A stretch of DNA of 63,331 nucleotides, the filler included. It is 4 parts of 4 records of this genome, joined end to end, with 100 filler letters (N's around TTAATTAATTAA, not from the genome) between each part and the next. Parts side by side here need not be neighbours in the genome. Positions count along the whole stretch, not along the records: positions 1 to 17,693 come from SRR20825019_2412; 3 more parts are not named here. One strand, 5' to 3'. Below are positions 1 through 10,025 of this stretch, piece after piece; position 1 is the first letter of the stretch, and each line of letters opens with the position of its first letter. The notes below the pieces were generated by a model. It was not told the DNA's origin. It made no database searches and was given only the letters and a program-made list of their open reading frames with translations. The translations under genes were made by a program, and so were the position numbers.

Positions 1-1
1 G

Positions 2-973
2 GGCGCCGGTGCCTTCGTCATGGTGGAGCTGCTGGCGACCACTTACGACACCATCGTCGCCGCCGCGATCCTGCCCGCCATCCTGTTCTTCGCCGCCGTC
101 TGGTTCGGTATCGACTGGTTTGCCGCCCGCGACGGTCTGAAGGCGATGGACGCTTCCGAGATCCCGGACCGGCGCACCGTGCTGCGCACCCTCCCGTTCT
201 TCGTCATCCCGTTCGGCGCCTTGCTGGCCGTGCTGTTCGGCACCGGCTACACGCCGCAATATGCCGCCGGTGTGGCGATCTTCGCCGCCGCCGCCATGCT
301 GCCGCTGAACCCGGACGGCTTCGCCGGATTGAAGGCTACCTGGGAGAGACTCTCTGCCGCCGCCGTGGACGCCGCCCGGCAGATCGCCATGATCGCCTCG
401 ATCATCCTCTGCGCCGGGATCATCGTCGGCGTGCTGAACATGACCGGGCTCGGCGTCAAGGTGACATCGGCCATCCTGTCCTTCTCCGGTGGCCAGCTCT
501 GGGCCGCCCTGCTCTTGACCGCCCTGGCCTGCCTGATCCTCGGCATGGAAGTGCCGACCACCGCAGCCTATGTGATCTGCATCTCCGTTGCCGGACCGGC
601 ATTGCAGGAGCTTGGCCTGCCACCGCTGACGGCGCATCTGTTTGTCTTCTGGTACGCCCTGCTCTCGACCATCACACCACCGGTTTGCGGCACGGTGTTC
701 ATTGCAGCCGGGATGGCAGACGCGCCCTGGCTGAAGGTCGCGGGCAATTCCATGCGGCTTGGCATCGGGCTCTATATCGTGCCGCTGGGCATGGTGGCGA
801 ACCCGTCCCTGATCGCTCTTACCGACACGCCGCTACTGGCATTTGCCGCCTTCGTAAAGCTCGGTGCCGGACTGGCGCTGACAAGCTGGGGCCTCGTCAA
901 CACGACCGCCGGCCTGCGCGCCATCGCGGCCTTTGCTGCCGGTCTCGCACTGGTGTTCGTGCTCGGCTTCTGA
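2..973 (+). CDS. TRAP transporter fused permease (4TM/12TM, TAXI-type DctM), 5'-truncated
   Basis: Open frame from base 2 (GAGAFVMVE...); very hydrophobic; motifs LILGMEVPTTAAY and STITPPVC typical of fused TRAP permeases. Confidence 0.85.
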   Translation, partial: GAGAFVMVELLATTYDTIVAAAILPAILFFAAVWFGIDWFAARDGLKAMDASEIPDRRTVLRTLPFFVIPFGALLAVLFGTGYTPQYAAGVAIFAAAAMLPLNPDGFAGLKATWERLSAAAVDAARQIAMIASIILCAGIIVGVLNMTGLGVKVTSAILSFSGGQLWAALLLTALACLILGMEVPTTAAYVICISVAGPALQELGLPPLTAHLFVFWYALLSTITPPVCGTVFIAAGMADAPWLKVAGNSMRLGIGLYIVPLGMVANPSLIALTDTPLLAFAAFVKLGAGLALTSWGLVNTTAGLRAIAAFAAGLALVFVLGF

Positions 974-1011
974 TGTAGTCTCGTCCCCGTCCAACCAAAC
1001 GGAGTCACACA

Positions 1012-2364
1012 ATGCCCTCGATCGTCGTCAAATCCAGCATCTACGGAGACATGTTCGGCACCGCCGACATGCGCGGCCTGTTCGAGGACGACACCATGCT
1101 CGGGCTTTATCTCGACGTGGAGACGGCACTGGCGCGGGCACAGGCACAGCTCGGCCTGATCCCGGAAGATGCGGCAAAAGCGATCACCGAGGCGGCCGAT
1201 ATCGACAAGCTCGACATGGACACACTCTCCGCCCGGACCCAGATCGTCGGCTACCCGATCCTGCCGCTGGTGGAACAACTCTCCACCTGGGCGCCGGACG
1301 GGCTCGGACAATATTGCCACTGGGGCGCGACCACCCAGGACATCATGGACACCGCCGACGTGCTGCAGGTCCGCGCCGGGCTCGATACCGTCGAGGAATA
1401 TCTGGAACGGATCGCCACGGCGCTGGCCAAGCTGGCGGAAGACTACGCGGAAACCCCGATGGCGGGCCGCACCCATCTGCAACACGCCCTGCCGGTCAGC
1501 TTCGGCTTCAAGGCCGCGACCTGGCTGTCCGCCATCGACCGGCACCGCACCCGCCTTGCCGAGCTGCGCGGCCGGGTCGAGGTCGTGCAATTCTCCGGCG
1601 CCGCCGGCACCCTCGCCTCGCTCTCCGGCAACGGTCTCGCGACACAAGAAGCGCTGGCGAAAGAACTCGGCCTCGCCGTGCCGGACATCACCTGGCACAC
1701 CATTCGCGACGGCTTCGCCGAGGTCACCGGCTTCCTGGCCCTCGTCGCCGCCAGCATCGGCAAGATCGGCTACGACATCATGCTGATGATGCAAACTGAA
1801 ACTGGCGAAGTGCTGGAGCCCTACGTTGCCGGGCGCGGTGCCTCCTCGACCATGCCGCAGAAGCGTAACCCGATTTCCTCCGAGATGATGCTGGCTGCGG
1901 CCAAGATCGTGCGCGAGCAGCACAGCGCCATGCTGGATGCGATGGTGCAGGACCATGAGCGCGCCACCGGTCAATGGCATGTCGAGTGGCACGCGCTGCC
2001 GACCGCCTTCATCGTCGCCTCCGGCGGCCTCGCGGCAGCGGCCGAAGTGCTGGAAGGTCTGGAAGTCCGGCCCGACGCCATGCGCCAGGTGCTCGACACC
2101 ACCAAGGGCCTGATCGTTGCCGAGGCAGTGATGATGGGGCTCGCCCCGCATATCGGCCGGCAGGTGGCCCATGACGTGGTCTATGATTGCTGCCGCAAGG
2201 CGCTGTCCGGAGAGGCGACATTCCTTGATGCGCTGATGGCCGAACCGGCGATTTCAGGCGCCCTCGACCGGGACAGCGTCGAGGCCCTGACCAAACCGGA
2301 GAACTATCTTGGCGAAGCGCCCGAGATGGTCCGCCGGCTGCTGAAAAAGCGCGGTGGCGCATAA
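1012..2364 (+). CDS. Aspartase/fumarase superfamily lyase, PcaB (3-carboxy-cis,cis-muconate cycloisomerase)/adenylosuccinate-lyase-like
   Basis: Signature GASSTMPQKRNP, HWGATTQD, GRTHLQHA, QDHER; GGAG RBS upstream. Confidence 0.85.
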   Translation: MPSIVVKSSIYGDMFGTADMRGLFEDDTMLGLYLDVETALARAQAQLGLIPEDAAKAITEAADIDKLDMDTLSARTQIVGYPILPLVEQLSTWAPDGLGQYCHWGATTQDIMDTADVLQVRAGLDTVEEYLERIATALAKLAEDYAETPMAGRTHLQHALPVSFGFKAATWLSAIDRHRTRLAELRGRVEVVQFSGAAGTLASLSGNGLATQEALAKELGLAVPDITWHTIRDGFAEVTGFLALVAASIGKIGYDIMLMMQTETGEVLEPYVAGRGASSTMPQKRNPISSEMMLAAAKIVREQHSAMLDAMVQDHERATGQWHVEWHALPTAFIVASGGLAAAAEVLEGLEVRPDAMRQVLDTTKGLIVAEAVMMGLAPHIGRQVAHDVVYDCCRKALSGEATFLDALMAEPAISGALDRDSVEALTKPENYLGEAPEMVRRLLKKRGGA

Positions 2365-2439
2365 CCCAAAATGCATACACTTGTACATCATCCGAGAATC
2401 ATGGAGAGTTCGCCGCGCTAAACCATCGGGGGGTGGGAT

Positions 2440-3084
2440 ATGTTGAATGCTAAGGACGAGGCTCTGAGAGAGCGGCTTACCGCGCTCAAGATCGTGCCTG
2501 TCATCAGAACACCAAGCGCAGACTTGGCCATCCGTGCGTGTGAGTGGCTGCTTGAGGCCGGCTTGCAGGCATTGGAACTTACCTTCACAACGCCCGATGC
2601 TCACCGTGTGATCGAAACCTTCGCTCGTACGGCGCCCGACGCGCTGATCGGCGCCGGCACGGTGCGTACACCCGAGCAGGCGAAAGCCGCCATTGATGCG
2701 GGTGCATCCTTTCTCGTCTCTCCCGGGGCGGCACCAGGAGTTGGGGAAGCCGCCGCGAAAGCCGGAATTCCCTATCTGCCCGGCGCCGCGACACCAAGCG
2801 AGGTTGAAGCGCGCTGGGCAGCCGGCGCCGCTGTCGTGAAGATCTTTCCGGCCCGGGAATGCGGTGGCCCCGGCTTCCTCAAGGCAATCCGATCCGTCTA
2901 TCCGGATATTCCGCTGATGCCGACTGGCGGCGTCTCCCCCGACACGGCCAAGGCCTATCTCGATGCCGGAGCGCTCTGCCTCGGCATGGGAGGGGAGCTG
3001 GTACCGGTCGATGCCCTGAAGGCGAATGATCCGAAACCGGTCAGGGATGCGGCTGCACGTGCACTGGCGGCGGCTCACGGATGA
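2440..3084 (+). CDS. eda: KDPG/KHG aldolase
   Basis: ELTFTTP, IGAGTV, FLVSPG, PGAATPSE, VKIFPA (Schiff-base Lys), MPTGGV. Confidence 0.9.
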   Translation: MLNAKDEALRERLTALKIVPVIRTPSADLAIRACEWLLEAGLQALELTFTTPDAHRVIETFARTAPDALIGAGTVRTPEQAKAAIDAGASFLVSPGAAPGVGEAAAKAGIPYLPGAATPSEVEARWAAGAAVVKIFPARECGGPGFLKAIRSVYPDIPLMPTGGVSPDTAKAYLDAGALCLGMGGELVPVDALKANDPKPVRDAAARALAAAHG

Positions 3085-4046
3085 TACAGTTTCCGGAACT
3101 CCTCTGCCTTGGCGAGCCGATGCTGGAATTCAATCAGCAGCCGGACGAACGCTATCTTGCCGGTCACGGCGGCGACACGTCGAACGCAGCCGTTGCCGCA
3201 GCCAGACAAGGCGCCTCCGTCGGATATCTGACCCGGATCGGACGGGATACGTTCGGCGAGAGCTTCATGCAGCTCTGGGAAAACGAGGGCATCGACACGC
3301 GCGGGGTCGAAACCTGTCCGGACGGGCATACCGGGATCTATTTCGTCACGCACGGCCCGGACGGACACCGCTTCAGCTATCACCGCGCCGGATCGGCGGC
3401 GAGCCGGATGACACCGGGCTTTCTGCCGCGCGGCATGATCCGGGACGCGAAGGTTCTGCACATATCCGGTATCAGCATGGCCATTTCCAACAGCGCGGCC
3501 GACACCGTCTTCGCGGCGATCTCCCATGCAAAGGAAGCCGGCGTCAGAATTTCCTTCGATCCCAACTTGCGGCTGAAACTCTGGCCGCTGGACCGGGCCC
3601 GCGCGATGATCCACGCCGCGATGGCAGAAGCCGACATCGCCCTGCCCGGACTGGATGACGCAAGCGTTCTGACCGGAAAGAGCGATCCGGACGAGATCGC
3701 GGATTACTATCTCGGCCTCGGGGCCGGGATCGTCGCCCTGACTCTTGGCGAGGAAGGCTGCCTCGTCGCGACGGCACAGGGCCGGAAACGGATTGCCGGG
3801 CACAGGGTTGAGGCGAAGGATGCGACCGGGGCCGGCGACACGTTCGACGGTGGTTTTCTGGCCGAGTATCTGCGGACAAGCGATCCGTTCAGGGCGGCGC
3901 ATCATGCCAACGCAGCCGCCGCTCTGGCGACCCAGGGCTTCGGTGCCGTCGGGCCGATGCCCCGGCAGCCGGATGTCGAGGCCATGCTGGCCAGCCAGCC
4001 TGCACAAGCCTTTTCCGGCGAGTGCTTTTCCTCACCGGGCCACTGA
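3081..4046 (+). CDS. kdgK: 2-dehydro-3-deoxygluconokinase (PfkB family)
   Basis: GGDTSNAAVAAARQG, FDPNLR, DATGAGDTFDGG; ATGA overlap with eda. Confidence 0.88.
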   Translation: MIQFPELLCLGEPMLEFNQQPDERYLAGHGGDTSNAAVAAARQGASVGYLTRIGRDTFGESFMQLWENEGIDTRGVETCPDGHTGIYFVTHGPDGHRFSYHRAGSAASRMTPGFLPRGMIRDAKVLHISGISMAISNSAADTVFAAISHAKEAGVRISFDPNLRLKLWPLDRARAMIHAAMAEADIALPGLDDASVLTGKSDPDEIADYYLGLGAGIVALTLGEEGCLVATAQGRKRIAGHRVEAKDATGAGDTFDGGFLAEYLRTSDPFRAAHHANAAAALATQGFGAVGPMPRQPDVEAMLASQPAQAFSGECFSSPGH

Positions 4047-4112
4047 TTCATACTGTGCCATTCATGCGCCCCTGCTTCACATTGATGGTAAGCGCGCGAC
4101 CGGATCGGCCAT

Positions 4113-5555
4113 ATGCAGCTTGAAACCTCAGCCCTGACCAAAATCCTTCAATACGATACGAACGACGGCGCCCCTGGCAGGCTGGCCACATTGTCGCTCC
4201 GGCAATGTCTGCTTGCACTTGCGTTTTCCGCGGCGGCATTTCTCCTCGGCTATTATTTCGGCAGCTCCCAGGATGCGCTTTTCGCGGCCTGCGTCGCGCT
4301 GGTCGGCGGCTATATGGCACTGAATGTCGGCGCCAACGACATCGCCAATTCGGTCGGCCCGATGGTCGGTGCCCGGGCATTGCCGCTCGGCGCCGCCCTG
4401 CTGCTTGCCGCCGTGGCCGAAATTGCCGGTGCCTTGCTGGCCGGAGAGCACGTCGCCGGCCGCATCGCCTATCGCATTGTCGATCAGGATGCCGTGCACG
4501 ATCCGGTGCTATTCGTCTACGCGATGATTGCCGCCCTCGCCGGTGGCGCACTCTGGATCAATGCCGCGAACCTGGTACGCGTTCCGATCTCGACCACGCA
4601 TTCTGTGATTGGCGGCATCGTCGGGGTCACTGTTTTTTCCCTCGGGACCGGCGCCGTTGTCTGGCCGGAGATTTCCCTGATCACGCTCGGCTGGTTTCTG
4701 TCCCCAGTGGTAAGCGCCATTGCCGCCATCCTGATCCTTGCCTTCATCAAGTCGCAGCTGCTCGAGGTACAGAACAAGATACGGGCCGCCCGAACCTGGA
4801 TACCGATCCTGATCGCCGCGATGGCCGCGCTCTTCACCCTCTTCCTGATCGCAAAGGGACTCTCGAATGTCTGGAGGCCGGCCACCCCTGTCCTTGTAAC
4901 AACAATACTCGGCGCCTTTATCGCTGCTCTGGCCGTGTCCGGACCCTATATCCGCCGTATCTCCATGGGCCTGACGAACAGGGGCCAGACCGTGCAGGCA
5001 TTATTCCGGGTTCCGCTGATTGCAGCGGGCGGGTTCCTTGCCTTCTCCCATGGCGCCAACGACATCGCCAACATCGCCGGGCCGGTCACCGCCATCCTGC
5101 ATGTGCAGAAAACATCCGATCTGAGCCTCGCGCTTTACGTCCCCTTCTGGGTGCTTCTGCTCGGCGCTCTCGGACTGTCCGCCGGGTTGCTGTTCTTCAG
5201 CTCCGGCATGGTCCGGGTCGTCGCCACCCGGATCACCAAGATCAACCCGGTTCGGGCCTATGCCATTGCCATGGCGACGGCCTCCACTGTGACCGCCGCC
5301 TCCTGGGTCGGCCTGCCGGTCAGCACGACGCAGATCGCCGTCGGCGCCATCTTCGGGATCGGTATCTATCGTGAGTACCGGGCCCGGCGCGATCTGGAAA
5401 AAAGGGTGCTCGAAGAAGACGTGAAGCAGAAAAAGCGGCGCATGCTGATCCGGCGCGATGACGCCATCCGCATTCTCGCGGTCTGGGCCATTACCTTCCC
5501 CGCCGCCGGAACGATCGCCGCCGCCCTGCTCTGGGTCATCGAGCTTTTTCTTTAG
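4113..5555 (+). CDS. Inorganic phosphate transporter, PiT family
   Basis: Two GANDIAN signatures, PISTTH and PVSTTQ motifs, polytopic membrane protein. Confidence 0.9.
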   Translation: MQLETSALTKILQYDTNDGAPGRLATLSLRQCLLALAFSAAAFLLGYYFGSSQDALFAACVALVGGYMALNVGANDIANSVGPMVGARALPLGAALLLAAVAEIAGALLAGEHVAGRIAYRIVDQDAVHDPVLFVYAMIAALAGGALWINAANLVRVPISTTHSVIGGIVGVTVFSLGTGAVVWPEISLITLGWFLSPVVSAIAAILILAFIKSQLLEVQNKIRAARTWIPILIAAMAALFTLFLIAKGLSNVWRPATPVLVTTILGAFIAALAVSGPYIRRISMGLTNRGQTVQALFRVPLIAAGGFLAFSHGANDIANIAGPVTAILHVQKTSDLSLALYVPFWVLLLGALGLSAGLLFFSSGMVRVVATRITKINPVRAYAIAMATASTVTAASWVGLPVSTTQIAVGAIFGIGIYREYRARRDLEKRVLEEDVKQKKRRMLIRRDDAIRILAVWAITFPAAGTIAAALLWVIELFL

Positions 5556-5585
5556 CGGTCCGCAACGGACAGAATCACGTCTGTC

Positions 5586-8500
5586 TTACTCTGCCGGCTG
5601 TTCCTCGGCTTCGGCGACGTCCCGGATATTCCTGGCCTCTTCCAGCTCCCGGTCGAGCTTGTCGGCCGCAGCGGCACGAGCCGGGGACAGGCTGGCCAGG
5701 GCGATATAGATCACCGGTGTCAGGTAAAGGGTAAAGGCCGCCGCCAGCCCGAGGCCACCGAACACGACCCAGCCGATGGCACTCCGCGCTTCGGCGCCGG
5801 GTCCTGTGCTCAGGATCAGGGGCAGGCCGCCCAGAATGGTCGAGACCATGGTCATGGCAATCGGCCGCAGGCGGACGAGAGCCGCCCGCTCGACAGCCTG
5901 ACGCACACTGAAGCCATGATCGCGGAGCTGGTCCGCGAACTCGACCACCAGAATGCCGTTCTTCGCCATCAGCCCGATCATCATCACCAGACCGATCTGG
6001 CTGTAGATATTGATCGAAGTGCCCGTCAGCAGCAGCGCGTAGATCGCGGCCGCGATTCCGAAGGGCACGGTCAGCACCACGATCGCCGCACTGGTCAGGC
6101 TCTCGAACTGGGCCACCAGAACGAGGAACACCACGATCATCGCAATGGCATAGGTGATCATCACCTCGTTCGAGGTTTCCTCAAGTGCCTCCGCCTCACC
6201 GAGCAGGATCAGGCTCACATCGTCCGGCAGGATTTCTTTCGCCAGTGCCTGCACATCGCGAATGGCGTCATGCAGCGGCAGGCCCGGTTTCAGATCCGCA
6301 TCGAGCTCCACCGCGCGGCGCTGGGCATGCCGGTCCAGTTCGGCTGCAACACCTTCCTCTTTCAGGGTGACCAGACTGGAAATCGGGATGAGCTTGCCCT
6401 GGCTGGTCCGGACATAGAGGTTCGTAAGGTCGGTCGGATCGTCGATCGCTCCGCCCATGGCCTCAAGACGGATCGGCACGGATTCGTCGCGCACATTCAG
6501 ATCGGCGACGTCCATCCCGTCGATGGTGACCTGCAGCACATCCGAGAGATCCGCCAGACTGACGCCGAGATCGGATGCCCTTCGCCGGTCGATATTGATC
6601 GAAAGCTGGGGCTGGGTCGGCTGATACGAAATCCGCACGTCGGACAGGTCCGGGAGCCGGTCCTCAATGGCCCGCGCCAGGGTCTTGGCGACTTCAAAAA
6701 GTCTCAGATAATCATTGCCCACAAGCGCCACTTCAACGCCACTCCCGGCGGAGCGGAGATTGAGGCTGTTCGGGCTATAGACCCGGACCCTGACGCCCGG
6801 AATCTTGTTCATCTTCTGCCGTATCTCGGACAGGATCTCCTGCTGTGAACGACCGCGCTCTTCCCATGGCGCGAGCGGCGTGGAGATGAAGGTCCGGTTC
6901 AGGTCCCAGCGCCCGACAATGGTGAAAATCGAGCTGATCTCGCCGCTATCGACATAGGGCTGCAGGATGCTTTCCATCAGATCCGCCTGACGGTTGCTGT
7001 ATTCCAGCCCCACACCGTCCGGACCGTCGCCGCGCATATAGATGCGCCCGCGATCTTCCGACGGCAGCAATTCCTGGTCGAGCAGATTGAATGTGAGCCA
7101 GGCGCCACCGGCGAGAGCCAGCGATACGGCGACAACGAGAATCGGGGCCGAGAGAGCCCCTCTCAGCGTGGCGCCATAGAACCGGGCGAAATAATCGCCA
7201 AACCGTCCCATCGCCGTCCTGAGACCGAAACGGTCGGGGCCAGCATCCGCGAGCCGGGCGGAAAGGGCAGGCACCAGGGTGAGGGCCACGAAGGACGAAA
7301 TCATCACCGCGATGGCGAGGACAAAACCGAACTCGCGGAACAGCCGCCCGGCCGTGCTTGGCAGGAAGGAGATCGGCACGAAGACGGAGATCAGCGTCGC
7401 TGTCGTGGCGATCACCGCGAAAAAGACCTGACGCGTGCCGAGAACGGCAGCCGCTCGGCCGCCAAGCCCCTGGGCACGGCGGCGCTGGATGTTTTCGAGC
7501 ACGACGATACTGTCATCGACGATCATGCCCGTGGCCAGAACCAGCGCCAGCAATGTCAGGATATTGATGGAGAAACCGAAGGCCCAGATCGCGGCAACCG
7601 ACCCGATCAGCGCGACCGGAATGGACACGCAGGGGATCAGCGTTGCGGCGGGGGAGCCAAGGAAGACCCAGAGCGTCACGATAACGATCAGGACCGCGAG
7701 CAACAGGCTGAACAGAACCTCCGAGACCGAGCCTTCGATAAAGAGCGCGTCGTCGGACGTCACCATCACCTCAATGTTGTCGAAGCGCCGGTTCAGATTG
7801 GCAATCGCCTTGGCCACATTCTCCGAGATCTCGATGGTATTGGATTGCGCCTGCCGGATAATGCCGAGACCGATCACCTCTTCGCCATTCACCCGGACCA
7901 GGCTCTCGGGATCTTCCGGCCCGAAGAAGACCTGGGCCACGTCGCCGATGCGGACGGCGCCCTTGATGATGATGTCCTCGACCTCTTGCGCCGATTCCAC
8001 TGTCGCATTCGCGCGCACCAGCAATTCCTGATCCGTGGATGCGAAGCTGCCGGCGGGAATATCGAACGGAGCGCTCTCCAGCACGGCAATGACGTCGGCG
8101 ACCGACAGTGCGAAAGCGCTCAACCGCATGGGATCGAGCACAACCCGCAGCAAACGCGCACGGTCCCCGTACAGGGTGACATCGGCAACGCCGTCGATGG
8201 AGATCAGCTCCGGGATGACATCCGTTTCGACGACATGAGTCAGATCCTCCGTCGTCATGTCATGTCCGAATACGGCAAGCCGCATCACCGGGTTGGCATC
8301 CGCGTCGGCCTTGATCACGGTCAACTGCTCGACATTATCCGGCAGGTCCCGCTCAACCCGGCTCACCGCCTCGCGGATATCGGATGCCGCCACATCGAGA
8401 TCCGTCGTGGGGCTGAATTCGGCATGCAGGCGGAAATTGTTCTCCTCACTCGAGGAGCGGATACGCTTCACCCCGTTGACCCGGGCGACCGCACCTTCAA

Positions 8501-8759
8501 CCAGGCTTGTGACCTCGCTGTCCATGGTCTCCGGCGAGGCGCCGTCGAGGATGCCGCGCACAGACACGACCGGCCGGTCCACATTCGGCAGCTCGCGCAC
8601 TTCCACCGCCATGATGGCCGCGGCGCCGGCAAGGGCGATCAGAAGATTGAGAACCAGCGCCAGCCAGGGACGGCGAACGCTGAGGGATGGCAAATCGTTC
8701 TGTGACGGAGACTGGGGAGGCGAAGACGGGGAAGAGGACGGACCGCCGCTCGTCGTCAT
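5586..8759 (-). CDS. RND efflux permease (AcrB/MdtB family)
   Basis: 1057 aa; GMIVDDSIVVLENI, GLMAKNGILVVEF, RLRPIAMT. Confidence 0.93.
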   Translation of the reverse strand: MTTSGGPSSSPSSPPQSPSQNDLPSLSVRRPWLALVLNLLIALAGAAAIMAVEVRELPNVDRPVVSVRGILDGASPETMDSEVTSLVEGAVARVNGVKRIRSSSEENNFRLHAEFSPTTDLDVAASDIREAVSRVERDLPDNVEQLTVIKADADANPVMRLAVFGHDMTTEDLTHVVETDVIPELISIDGVADVTLYGDRARLLRVVLDPMRLSAFALSVADVIAVLESAPFDIPAGSFASTDQELLVRANATVESAQEVEDIIIKGAVRIGDVAQVFFGPEDPESLVRVNGEEVIGLGIIRQAQSNTIEISENVAKAIANLNRRFDNIEVMVTSDDALFIEGSVSEVLFSLLLAVLIVIVTLWVFLGSPAATLIPCVSIPVALIGSVAAIWAFGFSINILTLLALVLATGMIVDDSIVVLENIQRRRAQGLGGRAAAVLGTRQVFFAVIATTATLISVFVPISFLPSTAGRLFREFGFVLAIAVMISSFVALTLVPALSARLADAGPDRFGLRTAMGRFGDYFARFYGATLRGALSAPILVVAVSLALAGGAWLTFNLLDQELLPSEDRGRIYMRGDGPDGVGLEYSNRQADLMESILQPYVDSGEISSIFTIVGRWDLNRTFISTPLAPWEERGRSQQEILSEIRQKMNKIPGVRVRVYSPNSLNLRSAGSGVEVALVGNDYLRLFEVAKTLARAIEDRLPDLSDVRISYQPTQPQLSINIDRRRASDLGVSLADLSDVLQVTIDGMDVADLNVRDESVPIRLEAMGGAIDDPTDLTNLYVRTSQGKLIPISSLVTLKEEGVAAELDRHAQRRAVELDADLKPGLPLHDAIRDVQALAKEILPDDVSLILLGEAEALEETSNEVMITYAIAMIVVFLVLVAQFESLTSAAIVVLTVPFGIAAAIYALLLTGTSINIYSQIGLVMMIGLMAKNGILVVEFADQLRDHGFSVRQAVERAALVRLRPIAMTMVSTILGGLPLILSTGPGAEARSAIGWVVFGGLGLAAAFTLYLTPVIYIALASLSPARAAAADKLDRELEEARNIRDVAEAEEQPAE

Positions 8760-9877
8760 GATGTGGTTGCGTCCCGATGCGCCTTGATCGGTGCGATCTC
8801 GGGGCCGTTCCCCGGCAGGATCTCAACCTTGGTCCCGTCCCGCACCCGGTGCAGTCCCTGGGTCACGACCTTGTCGCCCTGCTTGAACGCACCATCGAGC
8901 AGGACGGTCGAGGCCTGGCGCTGGACGATGGATACAGGCAGGCGCCGGGCGGTATCGCCGGAGATGGCCCAGACAAATGACCCGTCACCACCCCACTGGA
9001 TAGCGACCTCGGGCACGCTGGCCCGTTCCACGCCTTCAACATCGAGCGTGACCCGAAAGCTCATACCGGGACGAAACCGGTCATCGGGATTCGGAATACG
9101 GGCGCGCACGACAAAGGTCCGGGTCGCTTCGTCGATCCGGCTTCCCGTGTCGTAGATTGTCCCCCCTTCGATCGGGCCGGTTTTTCCGGTCCAGAGAGCG
9201 AGGCCGACCGGATCGCCAACGGCAATCCGGCCATGCAGGGCCTCCGGCACCTCGAAACGGATCAGCAGGGTAGACCGGTCGTCAAGAACCGCGATTTCGG
9301 TATTCGCATCCACCCGGTCGCCCACATCGGTATCCGTCATGCCGATACGGCCGGAGAAGGGTGCCAGGAGAAATCTGTCATCAAGCGCGACCTGCGCTTT
9401 CTCAAGTTCGATCTGGGCGGCATCCACCGCCGTCACCGCGTCGTCGAGGGCCGCCTGCGACGTGGCGCCGCTCTTGCGAAGTGTGCTCAGGCGTTCGGCA
9501 ATCCGCTGCGCCGCCTCAAGCCGGACACGGGCCAGATCGACAGCAAGCGTCTCCGCCTTGCGGTCCAGCTCAAGCAGCACCTGTCCTTTTTTCACCTTCG
9601 CATCCGCAGCAAGAGCGGTTTCGATCACCCGCCCGTCCGCAGCAGGATGCAGCCGCGCGGACTGATAGGCACGGGCCGTTCCCACCGCCTCGGTCCGGAG
9701 CCTCTCCCTGAGGAATTGCACATCGGCGACAACGACGGCCGCCGCGCGGCTTTTCGTATTGCCATTCTGCCCGTCAGCCTCTCCCGGGAAGCCGAGAATA
9801 GGCCCGAGATAAGACCATCCGCCGACCAAAATGGCGGCGCCAACAAGCAATACAAGCAATTGACGCGTCACGCTCAT
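8756..9877 (-). CDS. RND periplasmic adaptor (membrane fusion protein)
   Basis: N-terminal anchor, lipoyl-like VKKGQVLLELD / APFSGRIG, RFRPGMS; 4-bp overlap with permease. Confidence 0.9.
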   Translation of the reverse strand: MSVTRQLLVLLVGAAILVGGWSYLGPILGFPGEADGQNGNTKSRAAAVVVADVQFLRERLRTEAVGTARAYQSARLHPAADGRVIETALAADAKVKKGQVLLELDRKAETLAVDLARVRLEAAQRIAERLSTLRKSGATSQAALDDAVTAVDAAQIELEKAQVALDDRFLLAPFSGRIGMTDTDVGDRVDANTEIAVLDDRSTLLIRFEVPEALHGRIAVGDPVGLALWTGKTGPIEGGTIYDTGSRIDEATRTFVVRARIPNPDDRFRPGMSFRVTLDVEGVERASVPEVAIQWGGDGSFVWAISGDTARRLPVSIVQRQASTVLLDGAFKQGDKVVTQGLHRVRDGTKVEILPGNGPEIAPIKAHRDATTS

Positions 9878-10025
9878 CCGAACCGTCCTGTTCCGCGCAT
9901 CGGGCTATCCGAATGCGATGCCGAAGAGTGTAGTGCTCCGCCGGGTTTTGTCTATCGCAGCTGCGAAAAGATCTGTGAAAAGAATCGGCCGCGCAATCCC
10001 GCGCGGCCGACCTGTAGCGTTATGT

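Noticed and set aside
4047..4112. Pho box upstream of the PiT gene
   Set aside because: No convincing CTGTCAT-N4 tandem repeat visible
5586..9877. RND pair lacking an outer-membrane factor
   Set aside because: Common in alphaproteobacteria, which use a TolC encoded elsewhere
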